A program made the position numbers and the translations under genes. A DNA stretch of 64,000 bases from Octopus sinensis (taxonomy: Eukaryota): NCBI RefSeq assembly GCF_006345805.1, contig NC_042997.1, positions 151,280,001-151,344,000 of the forward strand, in the 5' to 3' direction. The notes under the pieces were generated by a model. That model did not search any database. It was not told where the DNA came from and was given only the letters and a program-made list of their open reading frames with translations. Of this stretch, positions 13,079 through 26,200 are shown piece after piece (positions within the stretch are counted from its first letter, which is position 1; the number at the start of each line of letters is the position of its first letter).

Positions 13079-14382
13079 TTTTACTGCATGTACTCATACA
13101 CGTATTCATGTGTATGTATGTGTGTGAGAGAGTATGAGTATATGTGTGTGTGCGTGTGTGTTCATGTATGTATATATTCTCCTCTTTCAGTTTGTACAAT
13201 AGTAATGAAAAGATTTTAAATTATTTCTCGACATTCCCAATTACATCAACCTGCAAACGACGGGAGCAAAATGTGTGAAATAGACAATGACACATTAATG
13301 TATAGCTATCATTTCTTGATAGCCTTAGAGTCTATGGAAAGGGGAGTTAAACCTATCTTTTGTTGAGCTATCTAGATTATTATATAGCGACATTATTCTT
13401 GCCATTTTCAGTATATTAATTTCTAATTGGCAGGATCTGACCGTGCGATATTGATGTTAACGGCAAGAAGAGGAAAGTGTAATGGAACTAAAACTTAGCA
13501 TGAAAAGAAACTATATAACAGAAACGAACATGGTTGAATGCTTTTCAATTCGTATTGGTGAAGGGAAGAAACAAATAACTGCAAGATTGAACTTCCAAAT
13601 GAGATTCTATCAAGTTAATGTGAAATAGATAATCAATTTTTTGGTGACCTACTGGATCCTTCGAGTTTCACGAAACGATTAATATTCACCCTTATCAAAG
13701 GTGTTATGTTTTATAAATGAATAAACGAGAAAAATTATTAACATTTTTGTTTGAGATACCGATATTTACAGACATTCATTCTTACTATAAAATACAATAT
13801 TTGTTTAATTTTCCAAGAGACATTTTAACCGCACAAATAATTTGACCTTGAAGAATAAATGTGCTATAGTTTGTTGCAGAAATAAATAACTTTGTCTTTC
13901 TAACAGAACATAAACATGAATAACGCATTTACTCTACCTCTTAGTAAAATTATTAATAAAGGTGATCATAATGGAAAATAAATTGTGAAATGAGGTAAAG
14001 GGTATCATAAACATGTATAGCTTTCAAATGGAATGACATATGTAACGGTAGTCGAAATAACTTGATGATATTCATCGAATAATATAGGACTGTAGTTCAG
14101 AATATATCTGTTTCAAAATGATCAACTGATTTTTTATCTGGCGGGGACTTAAGTTCATACTGCAGGCATATATATCGTCTGAGCCAAATACTGTCATCCG
14201 TAATGGTGTCACATTTACAATTCTGTCATTCGGAAAATTAATGGAAATTAATTTAAAGATTAATATCTACGTTTTTAGACTTATGTATATTGATTTCTTT
14301 TTCTTTTTGCTTATTCCATTATCAACAATCATCATTACTCATTACCATTAACAGCCACGTGGACAGTTAATAACTAAAGCGA

Positions 14383-14417
<35 letters not shown>

Positions 14418-14420
14418 TGT

Positions 14421-14458
<38 letters not shown>

Positions 14459-14712
14459 TGTGTACGAGTGTGTTTAGTGTGGAGCTTAATGGCTAGCGTA
14501 TTACATTCATGGTTGTAAAATTGTGGTTTCAATTTCTGGAACAGGCAATATGTTGCGTCATTAGCAAAACACTTCATTTCACGTTGATTTAGTTCAGTCA
14601 GTTGGTAATAATGAGTAATCCTACGACGGACTGGGATCCTTTCCCGTGGAGATTATATACTCCACAGGATTGGGAAATCGGCCTTATGTGCCAAGGGATG
14701 GGGAAAGACATT

Positions 14713-14875
<163 letters not shown>

Positions 14876-14911
14876 ATTGTCACTAAATGCGACTACGGTG
14901 TTATAAGCTCG

Positions 14912-15117
14912 TACATTGTTAGAAATAAGAGCTAAAATACTCTAAGGCTGTAGTCAAAATATATATTCAGACAGAGAATTAAGTCCGGAATCTGATCAGG
15001 CAATGGGAATTGCCGAAACTAAATTCAGTATAAGAAATTCTGGAACGCGATCTCGAACAATTACAGTCCTTTTGACTACAGAATTAGAGCAATTTAGCTC
15101 ATATTTCTAGCAATGTA
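14912..15117. mobile_element. Foldback element with ~48-bp imperfect terminal inverted repeats and a hammerhead-like core
   Basis: ACATTGTTAGAAATAAGAGCTAAAATACTCTAAGGCTGTAGTCAAAA versus TTTTGACTACAGAATTAGAGCAATTTAGCTCATATTTCTAGCAATGT; centre CTGATCA-GGCAAT-GGGA-ATTGCC-GAAAC. Confidence 0.7.
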
Positions 15118-15729
15118 GACGTTTATATACAACTACATTGTAGATGATTATAGCTCAATTGTTACTAAATGGGATTTTGACAGTTGCTTTATATTTTCTG
15201 TATATCAAAATACGATATTTTACCCTCCAGAAAATTCCAAATGCTTCTTAGGGTTTAAGCCATTTTTATATTTTCGTCAGAGTAAAGGTTTCTGCTCTTA
15301 GAAATCTTTCCCAATATATGTGTAATTAATTCTTTCTTCTGGAAATGTTTGCATTATTCCTAATAAATATATTTGCCCTCGAATCTTAGCGGACATCCAA
15401 TCGGCTATATACTGATATCCTATATATTATTAAAATTACTTCTGGGCTTCTGTCAGAGAATCTTCTTGGAATTCGACCTTTGTCATATATTTCTGTCATC
15501 CGTAGTTGTGTTATAACACAAATAACATTCATAAACTGATAAACTTTGTAACAGACGGCCATTTTGCCGAAATACCTATAAACGACAATATTATATGAAG
15601 GAAAGTAGCAATACAGTATGCTGCAGATTCCGCAACTTAAACAAACTACATGTACGCATGCATACTTACATACATCCATACATACATGCAACCATATATT
15701 CATGCATATATATACATACGCAGATACAC

Positions 15730-16090
<361 letters not shown>

Positions 16091-17842
16091 ATATTATTGT
16101 TATATTCATGTGTACGTACATACATATACGTTTATAAGATATTCGATTGGTGATCATTATCTTTCTCTGTAAGATAAACAACAGGCAAGGCGTGTGGTTT
16201 AGATTCAGCTATTCCATGTTAAATTGTTTTGATATCCGCTAATAAAACCAACTTTTCTGTACTGATGATAGGAAAACAATGCTATAGCTCAGGTGCACGT
16301 GACTATCTGATTTGGTTTCCTTATTCTTGGAAACAAATTTGCTATTTCTGCATCTGTATCTATTTTCCGAATATTTAATTGAATACATATGTGTATGTAC
16401 CTGGCAATATATGTGTGTAATCGTTTGTGAGTTGATTATCTAGAATGTGGGAGTGTACAGGTGCATTATATAAATATATTATATTTATGTTCATATAATT
16501 GTATATTTGAAAACACTAAATTTAATCGTATGAGATGAACACACTCATATCCACACGTATATACTCTGAAACAGAAACACATTTGATGATGTCCTTGAAG
16601 CAAATGTACATGTATATATTAATTCTTAGCGACAGATAGAGTATTAATATCAAGAAGTGTTCTTTATATCCATCTAAATATGCATGTCTTGTTAGATCAC
16701 CGAATAATGCGTCTTTAGCCTTCAAAGATCCTCTGATATAGAGATTGGTGCATAAAATCACACATGGATAGTAACTGACGAAATTCTTCTGTCATCCGCA
16801 CCCAAATTCCCTTTCATTCAAGGCTAATGAACCAATATTCAGTGTTCTAACTAGGCATCCATATTTAGTTGGATATAAATATTACTTTATATATATATAT
16901 ATATATACACACGCTGATAATAGATCATTCTTAGAAAGCCTGTTGGATATATGCGGCATCTGCGCCTGAAAGATGCTGAAATTTGATATATCGTAGCAGC
17001 GAGACTTGACTGGCATACGGTTAATATTGAATGCCTATACAACGAAATCATGCTAAGTTACAAGAACATAAGCACACTAACGCCGGCTGTCAAGCTTTGG
17101 TGAGTATACAAAAGCGGACTCAAAGACACACACCATTCGAATGGGCTTCTTTCAGTCTCTGCCTACCAAATTCACTCACAAAGCTTTGGTGGCCTGTGGC
17201 TATAATCGAAGACTGTGCCACACAGTGAGACTGATCCCAGTGCCATGTAGTTAGGAGGCAAACTTTTTTCCATTTGGCCATGCTTAAAGCGAAGTAAAAA
17301 TACATTAATTTATTAATTAATGAACAAAGTAAAAAACAAGGCAGAAGATTATTACTCATTTGTATGTTCTCTACAAGCAAACAAACCCTTTTTGGTCAGA
17401 GACATGTTATCCACAAAGAATATGCCGATGTTATTTTGACGATGATCATTAAAGTTGAATTTACAATTTTTTTTTTTTTAGGGGAGCCTGTGCTATACGT
17501 ATTTCTGAAGTTTTTAACAGTTTGCAGCCCTAGATGCTAAGCTATTTCGATGTAGACGTGTCGCTAGATTTAGTTGAATTTGAAAAGTTTAACAGTTACT
17601 TTCATCGTATGTTTTGAAATTTTTCCCAGAAACAACAACAATGAGCCACCCAATTCTTATCTCAAAATAGTAAGTTTGTTTAAACAGTTTTGAGCAAGGC
17701 ATTCTAACGCAACTTGTTTTTCTGAAGTTTAACAAATGTATTATGTGCAATGGCTCACCACAGATTAAATTTGGTTTTAGTTATCACGCTGAGAAGATTG
17801 AACAATTTTTCATAATATTCTGCTTCTAATATCAATTCCAGA

Positions 17843-18360
17843 TGGAAGTGTGTTCAAGATGTCATGCAATAGTATAAAAAACACGGCATTGAAAATGGTA
17901 AATGTCAAGACACAACCTGCACAATTTGTGATGGAAAATTACCTAGAGATATCATCATTAGTTCTTATATTTTTCAACAACAGCATGAAATATGTACACC
18001 ATGTATATAAACATATATGGACAACCATATTGGGCAATGAATCTCCTCAGTTTATGACGGTTCAGAATATCAAAACCCTTCTTGAGATCAACAAAAATTA
18101 TATACAGATCCTGATTCTATTAATGCATTTTTCTCTAGATCAGTTTTTGCTGAAAAGATATCATATCAGTGTTGCTACTGTCAAGTGGGGTCCACTTTGG
18201 TTTTGTGTCAAACTTGTTAGTTCTTAGTCTTTGAATGAAGCGTGAATATTCTTGTCAAGATTTTTGCTGACAATTAGCAAGAAGAAAATAATTGACAGCT
18301 AACTACTTTCACCATTGTTGTCGAGCAGATAATTGGATTCTTACGGAATAACACCCACTA
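17843..18360 (+). pseudogene. Decayed Cys-rich frame resembling RING1-IBR of RBR E3 ligases (RNF31/HOIP-like)
   Basis: The frame from 17843 gives CTICDGKLPRDII...QHEICTPCI*TYMDNHI...LYTDPDSINAFFS...CCYCQVGSTLVLCQTC* with several stops, after an acceptor-like TTCCAG. Resemblance judged by eye. Confidence 0.35.
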
Positions 18361-19239
18361 ACCACAACAACGAAATGAGCTCAGTTTATCGACGAACTTT
18401 TCTCTACTATAGGCATATAATTCAACAAGAAGTGAATTTACACTTGGAGATCTATTAAAGAACAGTAACCTTATGACTTCACTAGTTTCAAGAAATTATT
18501 AAAGTACATTAAGATATGTGATGATCGTAATCTGCGACAGATTATGAACAATTTCCTTCCATACATTTGATGACCTGTTCACAACTTCTCTGCGTTTATC
18601 GCTTCTCCTCTGGAATTATTACAACTATAATAGCTTGTAAGCTAAGCCACCGGCTGTCTGAAAACTTTCATGAAAATTTTGTACTATGCTTATATGAATA
18701 TCGATTTGTGAATCCCAAAGCCTCTCTGCAAGTTGTTTTCTATAACCATCAGATCTTCATTCTGGTGGACTGCTTTCTATGAAGACGGAGTATCAGATTT
18801 TAGTGTATGCTTTGGTCATTGCTTTGACGTTTAATTAGCTTTTATTTCTGAAGAACGCCTTAACTTCCTTTGTTACTTTCAACAAACCAATCCTGCTGGT
18901 GTCAGCTTAGAAACAGAATGTCATTTTCTTATGTAAACAAAGCTCCAAATGCGGAATGTATTATTAGGATTGACTGATATTTTGTTTTGTCATCAGAAGT
19001 GTTTTCATTTGAAAAGGGTTTCGAAATGCGAATGACTTAAAATTGTCATCATTTCGGGTTTTTTTTTTATTGGGGTGGGATCCGTGCGGGCGTGCCTTCC
19101 TGCTAATTTCAACTTTTCTAATAATGGTTTTATGAACAGTTCTGAATTCAGATACATATTTTGTGCGCAAATTATTGGCATCAAGCAGTTATATATATTA
19201 TACGACATACGATCTCACGCAAACACACATGAAAATACA

Positions 19240-19660
19240 TTCAGGCTTTGCACTTGCTATAGCAGAGAAAAGGGTGGAATAGGTTACTTATGCTTCGGTA
19301 GTGAGGTATTTCAGCAACAACAGATTTCAAGGGATTCAAGGAGACCCTTATGAACATCTTCACAGGAATTCCGCTAAAATTTGCAATGACTACAAAGTTT
19401 AAAATGTTGACTTCCTTGATGTAATCCTTGACCTTGAAATGATCAACTAAACAAAGAGGTAGTTTTTTTTTAATATTCATAAATATTCTAAATACCGCAG
19501 CTGTATTCATACACCTCCTCAGAGAAATCGACAGAAGCAACTCCAGTCACTTGATGGACATAGAGCCTCAACGGGGCTCTACAGCATAGTTGTGAGGCAT
19601 TATAGTAAGAAGTTGCGCTACCTGATAAGTTAGTTTGTGAGACGAATCTTCAACTGCCAC
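19240..19660 (+). mobile_element. Penelope-like RT C-terminal relic
   Basis: TLMNIFTGIPLKFAMTT...VDFLDVILDL (the Penelope V-FLDV-LDL motif); decayed hammerhead-like motif at about 19622. Confidence 0.6.
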
Positions 19661-20263
19661 TCGAAAATAGAAGCAAGTTTTATAGTGAAAAATAATCCTC
19701 TACTCGGCCAGAATAATTGGAATCTAACTGAAACTAATTAAAAATATTTTTAAAGAAACCATAGTTAATAGTTCATGCTAGATCACTAGCTGGCACTATG
19801 CCGTAAAAAATGACGGCTAATTGTAGTATTTTATATATAAATAAGGTTTAAAATAAGGTACATAATAACCGCAGATAGAAAACTTCACATACGTCCTTTG
19901 TACATGCACACACATACCCACATATACTCAAACAGAACTGAAATGCTGTTTGATATTTTTTCAGCGTTGAACGTTCACCATCCAATTCCCATTGCACACA
20001 CGCGCGCACACACACATAAACTTTCACATACCTCCTTTTACATACACACACATATGCTCACACTGTTGCAACGCTGAATTTTTCACCCCTACCTTATTAA
20101 TCAATCTATCATCCGTTCCTTTCTCCATTGCTATTACTTGCTCTCACTCTCTCCCAGTCTCGGCTATTACTCTCACAACCTCTCCTTCACGGAATGACTA
20201 TTTTCTTTCCTCTCCCTTCTCTTATACTACTCTTATTCCGTCCTACTCCTACTCTGTGATTTT

Positions 20264-20301
<38 letters not shown>

Positions 20302-20302
20302 C

Positions 20303-21089
20303 AATTGCAGGGTGGAAGGTATTTATAAGCCATTTAAAAACACATAAAAACCGTTAGATTCACTTCAACATTTAAATTTAGTTTGCTAAAATATTTTCGT
20401 CGCTTTGAGACCGCGACTTGATCACTGAAAAAACTCCGTGCAGCCTAGAATTTTGTCCTGATCAAGTCGCAGTCTCAAAGTGACGAAAATATTTTGCCAA
20501 ATTAAATTTAAATGTTAAAATGAGTCTAACATTTGTTCCAGTGCCTAAAACTCAAGGTGTGGTTATTGAACCTGGCCTTGAAATTACCCTCTGTAAGGCC
20601 CACGTATTTCTTCGTCGAATCGGTGTCTTTAGTGGTTATAGAGTGCACGGTAGCTTCAAAGATGATGGTCTTGGACATGCAAGCTCCATTTAGCGGGCAC
20701 AATTTTTTATTCCTGCATGAACAGTTTTATATATATATATATATATATATATCTTAGGGAGATGTACTTGCACAGCAAGTGACCTGATCTGTGTGCTGAT
20801 CCGTGTGCTGAAACAAAAACAATTGCAGCGTGGAAGGTGTTTATAAGCCATGTAAAAACACATAAAAACCGTTAGACTCATTTTAACATTTAAATTTAAT
20901 TTGGCAAAATATTTTCGCCACTTTGAGACTGCGACCTGATCAGTGACAAAATTCTGTGCTGCACGGAGTTTTTTCAGTGATCAGGCCGCGGTCTCAAAGC
21001 GACGAAAATATTTTAGCAAACTAAATTTAAATGTTGAAGTGAATCTAACGGTTTGTATGTGTTTTTAAATGGCTTATAAATACCTTCCA
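20303..21089. mobile_element. PLE-derived structure: GIY-YIG fragment flanked by inverted, internally palindromic terminal repeats
   Basis: Minus strand 20530-20725 reads CRNKKLCPLNGACMSKTIIFEATV...KKYVGLTEGNFKARFNNHTLSFRH (Penelope GIY-YIG). Repeat 20303-20530 is the reverse complement of about 20870-21089. (TA)n flanks. Confidence 0.85.
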
Positions 21090-21098
21090 CGCTGCAAT

Positions 21099-21186
<88 letters not shown>

Positions 21187-21354
21187 ATATATTTATATTT
21201 ATATTTACAAATATATATCAAATCACTACGCTCATGATTAGATTAGAAGATAGATAGGTACACATGCGTAGATAATATTGCTTCCAACTTTAAGGTAGCA
21301 ATCTGGTAGAATCGGTAGCACGCCTGACAAAATTTGGTAAAAAAAAGGTATTAC

Positions 21355-22060
21355 TTATATTTTGGTGTCAAGATAGGAGACCGAGATAATAGTTGGGCAC
21401 CACATACCTGTTGCACAACATGTACCGATGGTCTTTGAAAATGGTCATTGGGAATGTAAAAAAGCATGCAGTTTGGCATTCCAAGGATTTGGCATGAACA
21501 ACAAGACGATCATTCTGATTTCTATTTCTGTCTTGTAGATGTTAACGGAGTGTTTTCATTTGCATTAAACCTAGCATATATTTATCTGAATATATTTAAT
21601 TTTATTCGATACTTTAAATATACGAAATGCTATAATATAATATATTTTCTTTACAGGTAAATCAACGAAGAGTGCGTCGTCGGTGGTATATTCGAATCTG
21701 AAATCCACCATTCGGCATGTACCTCATATCGGCCAACGTTCTGATAACTGCGCTACACTCAAGAATGGTTTTATCCGATAGCAGTGAATCAGAAGAGAAT
21801 TGTGAACAAGATGAGTTGTATGTGCCTGTATCAGAACAGTCCAGACCGAAACCCTTATCACAGGATGAGTTATACGATCTTTTTCGGGATTCGGGATTAA
21901 CGAAAATGTAGAGCGAGTTACTGGCTTCTAGTTTAAAGAAAGAAACTTGGTAGCTCAATTTGTCAGCATTACAAAATTTCGAAACCGTACAGTTGGTTTT
22001 AATAGAAACATTTTAATGAATGATAGCTGGTGTTATTATAACGATATACCGGGACAAACA
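21355..22060 (+). mobile_element. DNA transposase relic, probably CMC/Chapaev-3-like, with one intron
   Basis: GVKIGDRDNSWAPHTCCTTC...MQFGIPRIWHEQQDDHSDFYFC, an intron-like gap at about 21548-21656 ending TTTCTTTACAG, then KSTKSASSVVYSNLKSTIRHVPH and KPLSQDELYDLFRDSGLTK*SELLAS. Family name from memory of these motifs. Confidence 0.65.
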
Positions 22061-22124
22061 TATTTACATATATTTACATATATACACATGCATATATATT
22101 TATATATATGCACAAGCATATATA

Positions 22125-22168
<44 letters not shown>

Positions 22169-22171
<3 letters not shown>

Positions 22172-22513
22172 GTCGTATACTGTCAATTCAATGTGACAGT
22201 CCCGTAAGGGAATTACACAACGGCCCTTTACCCCTAGGAAACATCGACGTCTTCTCTCGGCTTTGACACATTTTCTGTGTCCTTAGATTTTCAAGGGGGG
22301 GGGCAATCAACCCCGCAAGCCGGGACAAGGCACTTGAAGACATATGTTTCTGAGTCTATTGCTCATTGTCAGTTCAGGGTAGCCTGCCTCGCTCGGTGAG
22401 ATGACTGCAACCTCTCTGCAAATATATCATATTATCAGTATACCCTAGGGCTAAATGGCGGTGGTGTAATTCTCTTACAGGACTGTCACATTAAGTTGAG
22501 TGTATACGACCAC
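22169..22513. mobile_element. MITE, ~70-bp TIRs, TA-flanked
   Basis: GTGGTCGTATAC...AATGTGACAGTCC-GTAAG-GAATTACAC...CCTAGG mirrored at the right end (...GTATACGACCAC|TA). Confidence 0.85.
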
Positions 22514-22565
22514 TATATCGCTCCACCACCGCTTATGTCTCTCTGAGACATTTAGAAATTCAATA

Positions 22566-22603
<38 letters not shown>

Positions 22604-23202
22604 GAATTATCTTATTGTTTTCATTAATTTGCAGTTTTTATTTTCCATGTGTGCCTAGACAGTGAGACATAGTATATCTTGTAGTCTGCCCCTTTTATCC
22701 CCAATTTGTATTTATAGAATCGATATACAAATTTGTGATAACACAATATTTTACAGTGGTATACATAACACTTAGAAAGATGGAAATTCTCAAAAATTTC
22801 ACATAATATCAGTCACAATATTTGGTGGTTACAAACTTATATACGGTGCGATGGAATCAGAAACCACAAGCTTAAAGATGAGTTTCTCTGTTATTCACAG
22901 ACAGAAATTGGGTACGATTGTACTAAAAATCATCGTAATACAACCCAGGTCACAATAACAATTTTACTTGTACTCTCACTTTAAAATATATTATGTACAT
23001 ATTTATAGATAATTTCCTATAAGAATGCAAAGTACTCTTTTCCTATAAATGTTATTATACTGTCTAAACGTTGTCTTTTACGAATATATTTGCTTTTGTC
23101 TAAATAATACTTTCTATCTTCACAATGACTACTAAGCACGTAATGTTAGATGCGTTTATATGAGTTCCGTATATGCATCTATGCATCTTATTTGTATTCC
23201 GT

Positions 23203-23273
<71 letters not shown>

Positions 23274-26200
23274 CAGAGATAGATAGATAGATAGATATAT
23301 ACATACATACACATATATATACATATATGCATACATACATGTATATATATATGTATTTGTATATATATATATATATGAGTATATATATATATATATATAT
23401 ATACATTTCTTTGTATATATGTATATTTTTCAATAAGGGAAGATTTAGGCACACTCATATGCACAGACACACACACACACACACGTACATACACACACAA
23501 TCACACACAAACAAACATACGTGTTTACATATTTATATGTCTGTGTTTATAACAGAATTATAGATAAGGAAAGTAAACAGTTTCATATATATACGATTAC
23601 TCTGTATGCTTTACTATATGTATATCTGACCAATGGTTTATGAAGATGCGCACACACTTTCAGACGATTACATAAACACACATACACATACACACATACA
23701 CACCGCAAACACGTAACAAACAAACAAATTAAACACACTCAAACGACAAGAACTTGTGTATATTCGTTTGTGTATACTTCAATACAGGAATATGTTGAGT
23801 AATTGCCTTTATATAAGTGTAAGACTGAATATTTCTACATTCGTATGTATCTATGAGAGTGTACATATGAGTGTGTATATATGTGTCTCTGTGTGTGTCC
23901 GTGTGTACATTCGTAGTTTGTTTCTGCTAATTTTTCATTTGTATATTTGTTTGCTTTTTCTTGGTTTGTTTTATCTGAGCGTCTCGAGCTTCAAGACAGC
24001 CTTTGATACACGTCCAGATTATAATTCATCTATCAGTTTACATATTATCTGATCTCGTTATCTATATTCATTGATATGACGAAAGCAATAAAAACCAGAT
24101 TGATGTGTTTGATCGAATATTTCGTATTTCATTTGCAATGATTATATTCTTGAAAATTATTATCCGACAAACTGATGTGTTTCTATCGAAATGTCCTATA
24201 AAATTTTTCTGATTGTTGATTTCACACTCGATGTCTTTTATAGTCATAGTGACTACAGAAGATGAATGTCGTGTTGTTAAAACAAGACATTCTCTTAAAA
24301 TTGGTTTTCATATAATGACCGTCCTTGTACTGTTGTATTTGGTTTTCATATTCTGGTCGGGCACCCTTAAGTGTAATAAAATACTTAGCAGGTAATATCA
24401 ATATTATAGTTATAAATCTAATATATGTTTATATTCTTATATATGTCAAAATCAAAACACGTGACGGCTACACCGCTTATTGTGATATATCTTTAGGCAT
24501 AAATATAAATTATATAAATATCAAATGTCTCTTTGAACTAGAATTGTATATGTGGATAGCTGCAGAATCTATCCAGACAAATCGAAATGAATGAAAAGTC
24601 AGTTGATCTCACCAGTTTTTGTAATGCAGAAAATAAGATGAAAAATCTGATTATGCAAAAAACAACATTTACCGCAGGTTTCTCTGCATAAATATCAATA
24701 ATGTCAAAGACAACAACAAAAAAATTAAGAAGAACAAAAACTTTGAAAATTCACAAATAAAAACATAAGGACATTGCCTTATAGGATTACCAGTAAGTAC
24801 AAATGATACTTATTCACAGTATTACGTGTCCATATTATACAGCAACTTAAAAAACTAATATGTATTTATGCAAACTTGTTCAGTATGCAGGAACAAAGAG
24901 GCAGTACGAACTTCGATTAAAAGCAAAAGTAAAGGAGGTTATCACACTAAATACACATTTTATGTGTCACATATATTCGTATGGGGTCACTGTATAAAAA
25001 GTTATGCTTAGATAACAAACGTATGCACGGAATGAGAAAAGTTTGGTTACAAAAGAAGCCGAAAAAGTTTCCATAGGAAACAAAGTGAATCTAACTAAAA
25101 GTAAAATCGCCGCCATGTCAGATTTTAATCAGCAATTTCCATAGATCAGCAACTAAAATATTTTGGCCTTGTCAGTACGAAAAATAAATTTTATAGCTTG
25201 TGCTCAATAACATAGTTATGTAACCTGAGAACTATAAACCAAATCCTCTCAAATGCTTACATCTCAAAATCCAAAACCAAGCGAAATTAAGACTCTGAAA
25301 CAATGGACACGAAATGAAAGTGTTACACATCTTTTATACTTTACAATCATGTACAATGCACATCAGCACTATGAAACTATAGTAAGAGAAAGGTGAAGAA
25401 TCTATAATATCCCAAATATTAAAGTAGAGCAAACCTTACACAAGATAAACTAGAAATAAAACCAAACGGACAGGCAATACAGTTTTCATTCACCTGAATT
25501 AATGAAAGTAACACCATATAATTTGTCTTTAGAGAAAACATTAAAAAAACTCGTAAAGAAAACACAAACGCAAGCACAGACATTATATTCCCCTCAAAAT
25601 ACAATAAAAATATTTCAGAACTCATCTGTAGCAGAAGGAAGAAACTGGGGCTGACAGGAAATCAGAAAGAGACACGAAATAATTGAACTCTAAAATAATT
25701 ATTTGTACCGTACGAATCAACGAATTCCACTGCCACAACACTAAACTCGAATTTTACACAGAATTACAAGTCATAATGTAACACATCAACGAGAATTAGT
25801 ATCGAGAAGGAACGAATAGAAACGATAAAGGAAATAGAAGAAAATATACTAATGAATAAAGTTAAACACTTACCTACATAATCTTGAAATGAGCAGCCTC
25901 TCTAAAGTAACTGAGTCCAGCACGCAATGCTGCTTATTTAAACAAAATACTCAAACAGGAATTGAGTCAGTGATCTGCACATTTGAGTAGCATTGATAAT
26001 ATTGAAACAATCAAGGCTAGATAACAATGGAATCTAAACCTAGTTAACCAGCCCCAACCAACAGGAAATGAAATGAATATATATTGCATAATGCTACAAA
26101 GCGGCAAATCAATATCCATAAATAGCAAAACTGCAAAAACAGTTTTGGACGAAACACACACACACACACACACAAGCAGAGAATATGTAACGATAACAAT

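Noticed and set aside
17850-18227. 125-aa ORF as a real protein
   Set aside because: The adjacent stop-interrupted frame carries the patterned Cys motifs; the listed ORF looks like off-frame read-through.
18540-18840. Possible R4/Dong N-terminal relic (GYRKQL...LWD) on the minus strand
   Set aside because: Too decayed to support as a feature.
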